A stretch of DNA of 64,000 nucleotides from NCBI GenBank assembly GCA_964252035.1, contig OZ176216.1; one strand, given 5' to 3'. This DNA is from Podarcis erhardii (lineage: Eukaryota). A program made the translations under genes and the position numbers. Below are positions 49,527-63,165 of the stretch, one piece after another; position 1 is the stretch's first letter, and each line of letters opens with the position of its first letter. Under the pieces are notes generated by a model. The model had not been told where the DNA came from and ran no database searches. It saw only the letters and a list, made by a program, of their open reading frames with translations.

Positions 49527-51036
49527 CTTATTCTTTTTACCTGCATCCTAATATTGAAGAGTGGATAATATGTTTTGTAGCTTTTCTGTACAGTATTGCT
49601 ATATTGTTTTGCTCATAGGAAAGACTCACTGAAACTTTCTGCAATGTATGTGTTTGTATGTCTGTATAAAACAGGAAATTAGCAACATTTAGCTGAAAAG
49701 ATATGCATGGGTCAAACGGTTTTTGTGCACTAATTGCTGCCTGACTGAACTTCCGCTGGTGATGAAGATGAGGGGTGGGGAGGATTATATCCCTTCTGTG
49801 GAGTTTCACATAATGGGGGGCTAGTACCAAAGAGACCCTGCCATTTATTCTGGCAGATGTCTCCATGAAAATAGAGAACGTAGAGAAAGCCTTCATTAGT
49901 TGTTCTTAATACTTAGAATGGTAAATAATTCTTTCTTTTTAAGGAGAAGGTGCTCTCTCAGGTTGCTATCGATGTTTATTGTGAGCCATAGCACATGCAC
50001 ACAATTGCCCAGCCCGCAGTTTCCCTGGTCAAAAGAATAAGAAAAATAACAACAAAAGTACCCTGAAATATAATGCAGGTACAAGCGTTGTTGGTTTACA
50101 ATACCTGTGTTAGTCCCCAGCTTTGGAGTCAATCACACTAGCAGGAAAGACTGCTTGCTTCAGGGTGGCAGAAGAAATACACTTCGCATTTTATCCAATT
50201 AAGTTGTATGCAGAGTACAATGCCTGAAATTAATAGACCCAATTTATTCATGCCCTTTGTTTTCTACTCTGAGTTGGATCAGCCTTAGATGCAATCCTCT
50301 GGATATAGACTACATGGTCACCCCTTGTATCTCCTCCAAAACGAAGAAGCCTGCTGGTAGTCCATAGCATCCTAGGGAATCCCACATCACGTTTTGCTGC
50401 TACTTCTTGTGCTCCTTGCTGCCACGGCACAGTTCACACATATCTGCAGCCTGGCTTCCCCCTGCTCCCTGTGCCTCTCGCCCACTTCAGCCCTCTTGTA
50501 TCAGCAGATACATCTTACACTTGGGCAGGGCAACATTCAGGGCTGCTGAGAAAAGCTTGCCAGCTTCTAATTCTGTATATTTTAAGCACTCTAGGGAGGA
50601 GGCTCTGTTTGAGTGGCCTTGGGCACATCTCGCCGTGAGCTGTTCAGGGACTCTCGTCCAATAGTTAAGCACATTCTTTGCATGGGGAAGGTTTCATGTT
50701 TTTGTCCCCAGAATTTCCAGCTAGGGTTGGGGGGGGGGATTCCTCTCTGAAATCCTAGAGATCCCTGTGGACAGGCCATGGTGTGACTGTTTCAGACAAT
50801 TTCCTGATCCTCATCTCTGATCACCCTAGAGCTTAATGTAGGGCGATGAGGTGTCTTGCCGGCGATTCCGCCCTGCAGTCAGGTTAGAGAAACCTTCACT
50901 CCGCTTCCTGGCAGCGTCCATTGATCCTGCTTAACCTTAAACATTTAAAGTTCAATTTACCATTTAGGGAGTAAAAGGTATCCAAAGGGACTTGTGGCCA
51001 TTGATTTTGTGTCAGGGCTGGAGAGCGAAAATTTAA

Positions 51037-51321
<285 letters not shown>

Positions 51322-51703
51322 TAAGTTAATGTGTGCGGGTGGGGCATTTCTGTATTCCCCGCCCCCCAGTCTTTCCCTTTTGAAAGAAGAGCATATTGGG
51401 TCTGGTTTCTAACCCCTCAAGCACCAAGGAATGGGCAGGATGGTGGTGAATGCAGTGGTGGTGCTTGTTTTAATATTGTATTTATCATTATAGACCATCC
51501 TTCATGTAAAAGGTAAAGCAACACAGCTAAAACTACAAATACAAATAACACACAGTACTGTAGTTAAGAAGACCATTGAGATCATGGGCAGCATAAAAAC
51601 AGCCAGCAAATTTTTAAAAATCCTTTTTAAAAGCCCAGGAAAATAGAAGGACTGCTCTAATCATGTATGTGAAGCGCTTGAAAGTTCTTAAATGTGCTCC
51701 AGA

Positions 51704-51739
<36 letters not shown>

Positions 51740-51845
51740 TTATTATTTGTACCCCGCCCATCTGGCTGGGTTTCCCCAGCCACTCTGGGCGGCTTCCATA
51801 GAAACCAAAAATACATTAAAATATCACTCATTAAAAACTTCCCTC
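51704..51845 (-). mobile_element. L2 LINE 3' end with (AAT)n tail
   Basis: ccatctggctgggtttccccagccactctgggcggcttcca is the exact reverse complement of 42721-42761. Confidence 0.85.
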
Positions 51846-52640
51846 CAGAAATGTGAAGCATGCATATTATCTACATTAATAAGGCTGTCTAGTGATTAGG
51901 GGTTTTGATACCGACCCTGTACTGCTCACCCTTTGGTCCAAAGGTAGCACACTAGAGAGCATGCACATGAAAACAACCGTCCATGGTTGGGGAAGTGTTA
52001 TTGTTTGGAAAGGAGCCATTTTTTTCATCTTTTGGGGCACAAACCTGTTCTGTGTTCGAGATCAGTCAGGTGCATGTATTTAAACCAAGGGTGGGGAACC
52101 TATGTCCCATAGGCCAATCTTGATCATTAAATGATTCATTGAATGCATTTATAATTGCTGATTTGCTCATAAGCTCCCAAATAAGTCTCTTCTGAAAAAG
52201 AAAGGGACTACCAAATGCCAAATGTGCAAGAATTTTTAAACTGTCTGGCACTTTTTCCACATTGACTTGTCTGCATTGGGTCTATGATGTCCATCACTGA
52301 ACATCAGATTGATCCATTGATGAGTGGGGAGGGTTGATAATCCTTTCTGCAGCGATCAGCTGAATGGCTCACAGGGGGGAGGGTCTCACTTTTGGTCTCA
52401 CCCATTGCTGGTATGCAGATCCCAGAGTATGCTGGCCAACAAGCCCTCAAACCAAAAAAGGTTAGCTATCCTTGTTTTAGAGAATGCACTCAGAGGAGCT
52501 TGCTTCTGTTGAAATTAGACCGTGGAAGAACTCATCAGTTCCAACCCTGTGTAAGATGCATTTTTATGTTTCTATTTTATGTTACATGGAGATGAATATA
52601 TTTTAAGTTGCCTTTTGTTTCCTTGGCTTTCTCCTTACAG

Positions 52641-52717
52641 AATGTTGCAAGAGACGCAGGTTTCGACAGCCTCAAAGCTGGAGGAGGCTGAACACAAAGT
52701 GCAAGCGTTGCAAACAG
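52641..52717 (+). CDS. CUX1: CUX1 coding exon (exon 7 equivalent), 77 nt, phase 2-1: (R)[25 protein letters not shown]
   Basis: Acceptor ctttctccttacag, donor CAG|gtttgc, in frame. Confidence 0.96.
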
Positions 52718-52959
52718 GTTTGCTATTTGACTGATTCAAACGGAGAAGGGGGAGGTGCTTTGGGTTCATCAAAACATTGGCCACCTTCTCTCTTTGTACC
52801 GGAGCAGATGCAAGGCTACCAGTTTCCGAATCATAGTTAGGAGACCTCAAGCCTGCCATACATGAGCTCACTCCCACTCACCTCCACTACGTACATGGAT
52901 TTCTGATGAGGATGAACTTTGGTTCACCATAGCATCCACACTGGTACTATGGGAATGGC

Positions 52960-53070
52960 TTAGAACCAAGCTTAGAACACAAGATGAGCCCAAAGGGGGG
53001 CACATCTATCCCAGCATCCAGTCCTCACAGTGGCCAATGATTTGCTCATGGGAAGCCATTCTCAGGCAGG
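52960..53070 (-). mobile_element. CR1-type LINE 3' fragment
   Basis: catctatcccagcatccagtcctcacagtggccaa...gggaagcc. Confidence 0.5.
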
Positions 53071-53726
53071 ATTTTCCCCTCCTACCAGACCAACTCTGCC
53101 TGTGGCCAGTTAAAGGTTGGGTCCTCAGCCCTCGACAAGCACCCTGGGATCTTTGTGGCCACCAATGGCCTTTGTCTTATACCCCCAGACCTGGGACCAG
53201 ATCAGTCTGTTGCCTATGACTCAGCTGCATCTTGATTTCTGTGCCTGATGTTCTCAGAAAGATTTAGACATGGGAGTTACTTTCCTTCCTTTGGCCCCCA
53301 CACTGAAGTTCAGTCACTTGAAGTTGTCCCTTCCTACCCTCTGTCTCTCCTTCCCCCTCTGCCAGTAGCTTGTTCTTGACTTACCTGCTCTTGCTTCCCT
53401 GCCTGAGCTTCAGCCTGCCTGGCTTCTTTCCCATCTGAAGCCAGAGCAGGTCCCCGTTTTAACTGGCACAAATGGTTTGTGTCACAGAAGCAGATCTATA
53501 AACGGAATATAATGTGCTTAGCTAGATTCAGCAGGACAGAATCTGGAAACTTTCACTGTTCCTGAAAGAGAGAGAGAGTGTATGTGTGTGTGTTTTCTAA
53601 AGGAAAGAATTTTGAAAAGCTTTTAAGCCTTGTTTTTCTGCAATGTGATTTTGTTTGGTCAGGGAGAAAGCTTAATGCAAGATGACTTTTCAGACAGAGA
53701 ACAGTTTATAGTTCAATAGTAATTGA

Positions 53727-53876
<150 letters not shown>

Positions 53877-55154
53877 TAAGACTTCTTGGCTCCTCTTTAG
53901 ATATGCCGCGTGTTTTTAGTGCTCTGCCATCTTCATCTCATTGGGAAAAGCAAAATAGAAATTTTTAAAAACTGGGCCTGGTTCTTAGACCCGTGTACAT
54001 GATGACTTCATCTACATATTTTTTTTTCTAATATAAATGGAAGTGCCTCTGCAGGGTGCAGCAGAAACACAATAATTCTATGGTTCTATATGCTTGGATT
54101 AGCATAGGAACAATAAAATTGGGGGGGGGGAGGCGCAGGTGCCCATGTAGTGGGTTTTAACATTTCAAGAGCACCATGGTTGTTCCCTATGGCCCCAAAT
54201 CCACACAGGCATGAAAATAGCCAAGATGATCTTGATGCCAGCATATGAAGATGCTTTAAAGCAAGTCTGGCACTCTGACACTGAGAGGTTGCCACTGCCC
54301 AAGATTTAACCCATCTTCTTGATGGAACTAATGTTACACACTCACACCCCACTTTCCAACAAGATAGGTTTCTCTAAAATGAAAACCTTGTAGTGGTGGT
54401 GGTGATTTCTCCATCCAACACCATAGATTTATGGGCCCAGCAACACTAGATGCCCGTTGCTAACACAGCAAACAACTAACGGCATTCCTACAGATAACCT
54501 CAGTGAGAAAAGGGCTCAGGTTGCTCCCAAGGAGTTGGATTTGTGTATACCATTTGTCCAATGAGGAAGTATGCTCCCAAATATTCTTTATTGCCTTTCT
54601 CTGGGGCAGTGAAGGTGTTAATGACTAGAACAAAAATGGCTTTGCAGCACGTCAACTGGGATACTAGAATCTGAAATCGACAAGATGCCATCAGTAAAGT
54701 TTTCCATGTGTAGGCTTGAAATAAAATGCAATTAGGCCTTTATGTGCAGAACAAGGATCCATTGATGACTACAGCTGGTCTTTGTTTTCATCTGTCACTG
54801 AGTGTGGGAGGTAAAAAGTGCTCCTCTTCATGTTTATTAATGCAGGATTCCTGAGACAAATGGCAAGCACAGTTTAATGTTTGTTGGGACATGGTGGGGC
54901 TTGCCAAAACAGTTGTGTAAGAGGATTTCAAGGTTTTCAGATTGCGGCTCTTCCTAGGTTAAATAAATGGATGGCAGGCCTGCCTGTTTCTCTTCAAGAG
55001 GCAAGCCAAGCAGGAGAGGCCTGAGAGAAGCAGCAGCAATAAATGGGGAGCACTTGGAGGAACTGGGCAAGAGGAGACAAGACTTGGCAGTGAATGAAGG
55101 GTGAAGGAGGAGACAGGACAAGGAGAGACATGGTTGTTCTGCCAGGATGGTCGA

Positions 55155-55370
55155 AGGGAGGAACCCCAGCTCAGTGAGAGAGCCCCTGCTTTTGCATGTA
55201 GAAGATCCCAGGTCCAGTCCCCAGCACCTCTAGTTTTAAAAAGGGTCAGGGTGCTGGGAAAAGACCTGTTAACTCTGTCCAAGACCCTGGAAAGATGCTA
55301 TCGAAGTAGACAGTATTGGAGTAGATAGGCAAATAGTCTGGCTTGATAGACAGCAGCTCCCTTTGTTCCT
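55155..55370 (+). mobile_element. tRNA-derived squamate SINE with CR1-type tail (Squam2-like)
   Basis: cagctcagtgagagag..tttgcatgtagaagatcccaggtccagtcccc head; ccctggaaagatgct...gtagacagtattgg tail. Confidence 0.7.
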
Positions 55371-56670
55371 TTGAGGGCTGGTTCAGACCTGCATGTTGGA
55401 GACATGGCCCTGTATGTGCAAGTCCAAGGCTTGAGAAGATGCCATTCAGCCCTGCATTGTGTATGAGCCATATTGCAGTTTTCTGGAAGTCTGCATTTGT
55501 GTTTAACCACCAGGATGAATGTTTTACCCAGCCTCAGTGGAAGAATGAGACGCAATGGGTCTAGGTTGTATTGAAGCATGTTAGGTGCGATTTTGGGAAA
55601 CTTCCTGTGCATTAGAAATGGTGGTTCAAGTTTCTTAGGGACTCTGACTCACTGTTCATGCAGTTTTTTTTAAAGGAGCTGCTTGGGCAGCACTGTCATC
55701 TATATGTGCATATTTTAAATTTCCGGTGGGATTTATGCAATAGCCACTTTACCTCACGAATTTGCACATGTCTCTTGAAATATAGGTGTTGTGGGACAGG
55801 GACTTAAAGGAAGTAGATAGATTGGGGTGGGGAACTTCTTCTATCCTCTGGGTGAGATCAGAATATTCTTATTTGAATGTGAACCAAATTTTATAAGTGG
55901 ACAAAGTTGCACATCTGTCAGTCAACTGACACCACACTTTGAAGTCCCAATTGTTGGGACTTCAAAGTCAGTACAATGTTTGAACGCCCTTTTGCTGTTT
56001 GTGTAGAAGAGGGTGCTGAGAGTCATCCCCGTCCCCCGGACTGGTGAGTCATCCAAATCCAGCCCTGGAACCCTGATCATGACATGCTTTGTCTGTACAG
56101 TTGATATTGTAGGTGACTGTTTAGCTGCACTAGCTCAGGTTAGGCATCACAGCCATAGCATCATTTGACTATTGTTTGTGGACTTCAGGCTTGTGCAGTC
56201 CAGAATGTGAAACTGCAGTTTAAACTAGGTTTCCCAGACTGATCTGGAGGCAAGCTAGTTTGCACTAGACATGGCTTTCCCAATCTGCGCATCTTGGCAA
56301 ACTCTAGTTGTTGCAGACTTGAAAGCGAGAAATGGAATTGGAGCGCATTAAGGGAAGAAAGAGCTTGGAAGCCCATCTGTGATAAGAAACCATTGCTTGG
56401 TGATGAGTCTGAAATGGGCACTGTGATTAAAATTAGGTAGGACAACATAGGGACAGATACTTTGGCTCTGTGGGATAAAGCAGGGTTCTCTACCATCTTT
56501 TTTGCTGCTTTTGTCTCACAGTCTTCACCAACAGCATGGCTATTGGCCAGGGATGATGCAGTCCAAAACATCTGGAGAGTACCAGGTTGGGGAAGGATGC
56601 TATACTGTAGTGGCTCTGTCTATAGCTGTGTTGTTAATGATGTAATCACACACCTGTTGTAAAGTTGACT

Positions 56671-56872
56671 GAGAGCCGGTGTTGGACTAGGACTTGGGAG
56701 ACCAGGGTTCAAATCCCCACTAAGCCATGAAGCTCCTTGGGTGACTCATGGGCCGGTCACTGCCTCTCAGCCTGACCCACCTCCCAGTATTGCTATGAGG
56801 ATAAAACGGGGGGGGGGGGACCCATGTATACCACCTTGAGCTCCTTGGAGGAAAGGTGGGATATAAATCTAA
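56671..56872 (+). mobile_element. tRNA-derived squamate SINE (Squam3/CORE-like)
   Basis: ttggactaggacttgggagaccagggttcaaatcccc head with B-box; ccttgagctccttggaggaaaggtgggatataaat tail. Confidence 0.8.
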
Positions 56873-59864
56873 TTAATTTTGTCATTCTTATAGTCCACCT
56901 TTCTAGCTGAATGGCCTGACAAGGTGGCTTTTTTTAAAAGCAGCATTGCACCTAAAATTTCATCAATAGTTTAAAAACCAATTTAGGTTCTTAAAAACCT
57001 AATATATAAGCATAATTAGGAGTAAAGCGCTCTGAGATAAAATGCAAGTCTGCAGAAGGAAATGCCCACCGTGATGCTCTGCCTATTTCTGACAGGCTGC
57101 CTTGCCCCCTGTGAATGTGATCCAAGCAGCATATGGCACCAAATGGGGCCTAGGTTTCTCCTAATAGAGGAGAGGCTGAAACCTCTAGCCAGAAGCTGAT
57201 TAGCTTTAAGCACCTTCAGTCACATAACGTAACCTCTGTCTCTTTCTTCCCCTCACCTTACCAGTGCAGCCTTCAGCCCTTAATAAGGTGGCAATTCAAA
57301 TTTATGATCAGCACAGCTGTGATGTCCTGGAAATGTACTTGCTGGCAGGGGAGCAGATGCCTTCTCGGAAATGAGGGAGTATAACAGGAGACTCTATGGG
57401 TGCTTTTCTTCCCTCTGCGCCCCTCTCTCCCCAGGCAAAAATATTAAAAGGTGGATTTTAGTAGAAGGTTCTTTCTAAGCTACGGGGTGTACGGCTTAGT
57501 TGGGTTGGGGATTTCTTTTATTTTCCCTGGTGGTGTTTTTGATTTCTTGGGAAGGAGTATGTTAGTGCTTTCTCATTAAATATTCATACTATTTCCCCCT
57601 GGGATTTGTTTCTTGTAATTAGTGAAATTGGAAGGGGCCTGGCATTGTTGGAGTGCATGTGAGAAGCTTGGGTGGAGTTTAGGAATGTAACTGGCCTCCC
57701 ATGTTATCCCTCCTGCTCCCTAAAATCTGAGGGGAAGGCTCTTTTCTGTGTCCCGATGTGGCTGGGTTCCAAGTTGGCCTGGAGACACGAGAGGGCCCTT
57801 TTCTGTCGCCTCTCCCCAGTTGCAGAGCTTGATCCCATGGGAGGTTTATTTGGCCCTCTGCTTTTAGCTTCTCCTTCCAGTTGCACTTTTTGATCTTTTA
57901 ATTCCTGTGTCAGAGACTTCTATACCCCAGTGTAGGGTTTTGTGGCTCCTAAAGGATGCCTTGCAAACAAACCCTCCCTACTTTGACCATCTTCCCAGTT
58001 GATTGGCAGTTGTGGCATGGAGAGCTCTATCTGGATGTCTGGAGCCACACAGCACGGTGGGTTTCAGGGAGACTTCCCCAGAATTCAGCCAGAGAGGGAA
58101 TTTCAGTTTGCGGCCCTGTTTGAGAGAAGGCTTCGCGTTTCTCTTTTTTATCTGGCAGATTGTACTCAAATTGTCTCCTCTGTAACATTTCTAATCCCCA
58201 CCCCACTGTGCATAATCAGGTGTGCCTTCCCTTGATATGAATATCTGAAATACTGTGGTAATGTTTCTATATTTAAGATCTTCAGAATCTTAAAACTCAG
58301 ATTTTTAAGGACCAGTGTTGGATAGTGCGTGAATTTTTGTGCTGCCACCGTGTTTTACTTTGAGGCCCGTAATACTAAAACAAGTTTTTTCCTAAAGCGT
58401 AAATGCTGCATTAGCTACGCCTGAGCTCCCAGGTCCACAATGTTTTATGTGTCATGTTATGCGTATTAACTGTACCCCCACCCAGCCTTGTGATCAGTGT
58501 TTCTCTCTTCCCAAATAGGCCTACTATTGCTTTGTTGCTCCCATAGAAATGTAGACAAGTCGATCTGTGGCTCCAATAGCAAGCAAACATTTCACCAACA
58601 GCAGTATCATCTTACCTGCTTTGTTTCTCTCTAGATGCTGCTCACTGTGCAGTTTGACTGCTGCATTTGCAGGATGATGGTCTCGCTAAGGTTACATTTT
58701 GGTCCTTATCTGAGAGTAAATGTGGAGCAGGGGGGCAGCGGAAATGATATAATGGGAGTACAATTTGCTCCACAAAAGGGTTCCCACCTCTGCTCTGCTC
58801 TCCCCCTTCTCTCCAGCGTGGAAATCTCTCCTGTACCCTCCCATAAAGCAAATTTAATATGGCACCAAACAGCTGGCTGGCTTGGAAACTGAAAAGTTTC
58901 CTTTCCAAGAGAAAGGGAGGGAGATAATTGAACGCTTTGATTTGTTTCATGGTTTGTTTGCCCTTTCATTCCTTTCCCGAGGTGCTGTTTGTTGAGGAAT
59001 GTCTCCAATTGCCAGGGAGATGGTGGGGTGTCTAATACTTTCCCGCCAGCACTCCTTTCAGCCAGAGCCGAGGACCATGGCAAGCCTGCGACATGCATTT
59101 TTAATGCAGAACTCTATACCCCGGCCCTTGCAGCACGGCGGCGCGGCCCTCTCTGGAGCTTTCAGATTTAACGCTCCGCTGAACAAAGCACAGGCTCAGG
59201 GCAGTCGGCATCAGCTGGCATTAACCCCTGCGCGGACCAGTTAATTTCCCCACGGAGCCAGCCAGGGAGACGGCGAAAGGCTTTTGTTCCGTTTATTTGA
59301 TTATTTCCAACATTGCAACGTTGCCTTCAGATACAGATTTATTGTTGGTCTCGTTTGCTGATCCCGATTGCTGCAATCTATCAGCATGTAGGACCCTTCC
59401 TTACTTGTGGCTAACTCTTCGCAACAGCCTGCATAGATCCCTTTCCTCTCCTCTTGAAGAAGCATGGGGATTATGTGGAGTTGAACACATGTAGCTTCCT
59501 TGTACCAAATCAGAGCATTCGCCCACCTAAACTCAGGCTGTCCGCTTGTACTGGCAGCAACCTGCCATGGTCTCAGTTCTTTTGCAGCCATATTGCGTGA
59601 TGATTCCTGGGTTCAGACCTGGGGACGGTTCTCCAATGAGTTATATGTAGCCTCTTCTGTGGTGCCATGTAGGCTGGCATGGAACTGATATTCTTATAGT
59701 CTCGTGACCTTCTTCTGACTGTACGGGAAAGTTTTCTGATGGATCAATAAATGATAAGAAATGGTTGAATAACATCTGCTTAGGGTTTCTCCCCCACTCC
59801 CGCTTCCTGTCTTTGCTGCTGTTCATGCATCAGTCTGTTTGGCAATGTTCAAGAACATCTAGAT

Positions 59865-59925
59865 CAGGGTTTCTCAAACTTGGGTCTCCAGCTGTTTTTG
59901 GACTACAACTACTATTATCCCTAGG
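59865..59925. mobile_element. Half hAT (URR1-like) MITE
   Basis: cagggtttctcaaacttgggtctccagctgtttttggactacaact. Confidence 0.6.
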
Positions 59926-60119
59926 AATGGAAGGTATTCCAAGTCAGGTGTGATTCCCAAGGAGACTTCAGCACCTCTTAGTTTGAGAAATCAACCCCTG
60001 GTGTTCAGAACCCACCATCTCTCTCCCTTCTCCCACCCGGTCCCATTACACATTGCAGATAGATTCATGCCGTTGAAAACTTTCCTAGCCACAAACTTCA
60101 CTCTGGGAGACACTCCCGT

Positions 60120-61130
60120 TTTTTAAAATATTTATATTTTATTAAGGTGATTTCAGTTAAAAGAAATAAAGTGATCCGGGGGGGAGGGAGGGAGAGGGAG
60201 AAAAACCTCAAAGATACATATAAAAGCAAAAATATGCAAAGAAAAGAAGAAGCAATATACAATATTCCCATACATTCTTGTATAAATTGGTATAGTGTTA
60301 TTGTCCTGGTGCTTATGTAAATGTTAATCGCCTACTACACTTTGTATAAACTCATTCCAAATGCTATCATATTTATCCATACAGCGTCTGTGCCTGTAAG
60401 CAGTCCGTTCATAAATTGCCAGTGATGTCATATTGTCAGTCCATTGATTGAAGGGTATCATATTTTTATTTTTCCAATTAATAATAATAATAATACCTTT
60501 ATTGTCATTGTACAACCTGTGTACAATGAAATTAAACGAGCATCCCCCCTCCCACAAACACTCAATCTCTTACCAAACAACACACCACCTCGCAAGTCAA
60601 TTTCACTATGTTATTTTTCGTTCAACAGCCTAACAACCCATGGATAGAAGCTATTTTTTAGCCTGTTGGTACGGCTGAGTATACTTCTATATCTCCTACA
60701 GAAGGGTAGAAGATTAAAGAGGCGATGGCTGGGGTGTGAGTCATCCCTGAGAATTTTTCTTGCTCTCCTAAGGCAACGATCCCTTGCGATGTCATCTAAC
60801 GGACTCAAGGGACAGCCCATGATATTATTCTAATTCCTCAATATCATCTTGGCCACCATTAGGGTGCAGAAAATCCATTTCCATTGTTCCGTTGATAATT
60901 CCCATACTGCAGATACATAGTTCAATAAAATATTCTAGGCTGAAAGCTTTAACTTTTTCTGCACAGTCATAGTTACAGAGTCCAGCACTTTCTCCCAAAA
61001 CTTGTTAAGAACACTGTACAATCATGTGTTTCAGAGAGACGTTGTCCTTGCCACATCTCCAACACTGAGCTATCTCAACTAATCCTTTTTTATACAACTG
61101 TAACTCCAGACTCTGCCATGTGCACCTATC
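60120..61130 (-). mobile_element. L1/Tx1 LINE ORF2 C-terminus and 3' UTR (host of the Rex1 insertion)
   Basis: Minus strand QCWRCGKDNVSLKHMIVQC..FWEKV (CCHC knuckle), QWKWIFCTLMVAKMILRN, resuming after the insert as NWKNKNMIPFNQW...DKYDSIWNEF. Confidence 0.75.
60477..60822 (-). mobile_element. Rex1/Babar LINE 3' fragment
   Basis: CLRRARKILRDDSHPSHRLFNLLPFCRRYRSILSRTNRLKNSFYPWVVRLLN matches the Rex1 ORF C-terminus (HP.H.LF.LLPSGRRYRS...RT.RL.NSF.P.A.RLLN); (ATT)n tail. Confidence 0.85.
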
Positions 61131-62232
61131 AGCATAGGTCATGAAGGCTCCACGAATACTGCAAGTTTTCTCCAGAAATAAGCCTGAGTGTTGCCTCTGA
61201 TGACACTCATAACATTAACGTGTTAACAATTGCATTAGAGGAGAGAACTCTACGCCTACCATCCATAATGGGAGAAAGAGTCTTGCATGTTTAAAATGTG
61301 ATAGAGGGAGATGTTAGCTGCAGAGAGTCAGACTGGATACAAAACAGGCAGAGGTGTTAATGGCACTCAGCAAAGGATTTACACTCAAGCAGTGTTTAAA
61401 GTGTTTGCCTTGAGCCCTTTTGAATTGCATGCACAACTTGACTTTAAAGTGATACCACAGAAATACATTTACACTTTTTAACAATAGTGGACGGGCTCGC
61501 GTTCTTCAGCCAAAAAGTTTGCCCGTTTTCCCTGTGGTATTGGAGAGGAAATATCAGCAGGGCAGAGAAATCTGAACAAAAGGCAAAAGGTTTATCGGGA
61601 GGAGAAAGATTTCCCAAAGCTCAACTGAGCCCCGTTGGGGTGAGGGACATTTTCTGTAAAGAGAGTTGGCAGGAACTGAGTCCTGCTTCCTGTCCCTGGG
61701 AGCAGCTGCTTCCCATTTGGGTCATGGGTTTCTTCCTGACCCAATGAGAACGGGAATCCATAGTAAGAAAACCCCTTCTTTTTTACTAAATAAAGCCAGT
61801 GTCAAGCAGACACTCTTCCATTGAGGGTCAGAACAGATGTGACACAGCAGAACTGTGATCAGCTCTCCCTGTGTTTTTCTAAAACTTTTTTTTTTAGCTG
61901 CTGGTGAGGACAGAGAGGTGGTCTGATTTTGATTGGAGCAATGACATGGTGGGGGTGAGGGGTACTTAATCTTTTTCTGCTACTCAGTTTCTCCAGCTGA
62001 GATCACACACAGCTGTTACTTGCCTCACAGGGTGGGGAGAGATTTGGTATATTTTGTCTTCTCCACTGAAGCCAACTGCAGCATTGAAAGTGGGGGTGCA
62101 ATTTCAAGTAGGGACAAGGGAAGCATTAAAGCACCCAAACCTTTGATCTGATCAGAGTCTGAACTGGGGGATGGATCATACATTGGGACTAGATAATAGG
62201 AAGCTTGAATTTTATAGGTCTCTACAGTTAGT

Positions 62233-62234
<2 letters not shown>

Positions 62235-62288
<54 letters not shown>

Positions 62289-62291
62289 ACA
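62235..62291. repeat. Compound (CT)n(AC)n microsatellite
   Basis: Directly visible. Confidence 0.95.
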
Positions 62292-63079
62292 GTGTCTGAC
62301 TTTGCCCCACTGCATGCTGGTTTGGCAGCATCCTTTACCTTAGCCTCACCACATATTCTAATACAGAAATGAAAATCAAAGCCGCCTGAGCAGAGCCGAG
62401 TGGGATAATGTGTACACCTGTGAAGGGCTAGAATGTCTGGCCCCTGCTTCATAACACTTCACAAGTGACAAGAGATGGCTCACCTGGACAGTTTGTGACT
62501 AAGCCCCATAATAGGAGGTCGTTGACATGGAGGTTAATACAGCACCTGGCATCTCAATGCTTACTCTTTCAGACTTGCCTCTTATGGCAAAAGCAGAAGG
62601 AAACTGCAGTTGCACTGTAAACTGTGTCTGCATGCTGGTACATCCGTGCCTAAGTACTGCATCAATAGAATCACATTGTTCTCTGGGGCGAAGTAAGTGC
62701 TCTTTTTTATTGCTGGAATGGAGCTTGGAGATAACAGAGACTTCGTGTTATGGCATCACAATTTGGCCCAATTACATTTGAGCATTAAAGGTGCTATTAT
62801 TAAGGGTTTCCTTTAGCACATGCTTGCAGAGCCCTGGAGATGGATATAAGGGAGACCTTTTCTGGCTCTAGAAGCGACTTAGGGGTCCCAATCCTGCCAT
62901 CAAATTAGCACAAGGGTATCCTTGCTCCTTACAAGTGAGCCATATAATAGTAAACGGTGCTTGGAGGACACACCTGGCTGACCTCCCTTGATTTCTTTGC
63001 AAATAGAAGGCTCTATTTTGGTGGTGCTTCTTAGATTCTTTGCAGCCTAGTGGAATACTTTAGTTTTCAGGAAGCACAT

Positions 63080-63165
63080 ATCTGGAAAAATGAGGGCCCT
63101 TCTAGATCAGATCAAAGGTCCATCTAGCCCAACTTCTTCCTTCCATCAGTGACCACCAAGTGTCA
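63080..63165 (-). mobile_element. CR1-type LINE 3' fragment
   Basis: gggcccttctagatcagatcaaaggtccatctagccca. Confidence 0.5.

Noticed and set aside
58635-58715. Poison exon candidate after ttgtttctctctag
   Set aside because: Available donors (AG|GTTACA, GA|GTAAAT) are weak and there is no independent support.
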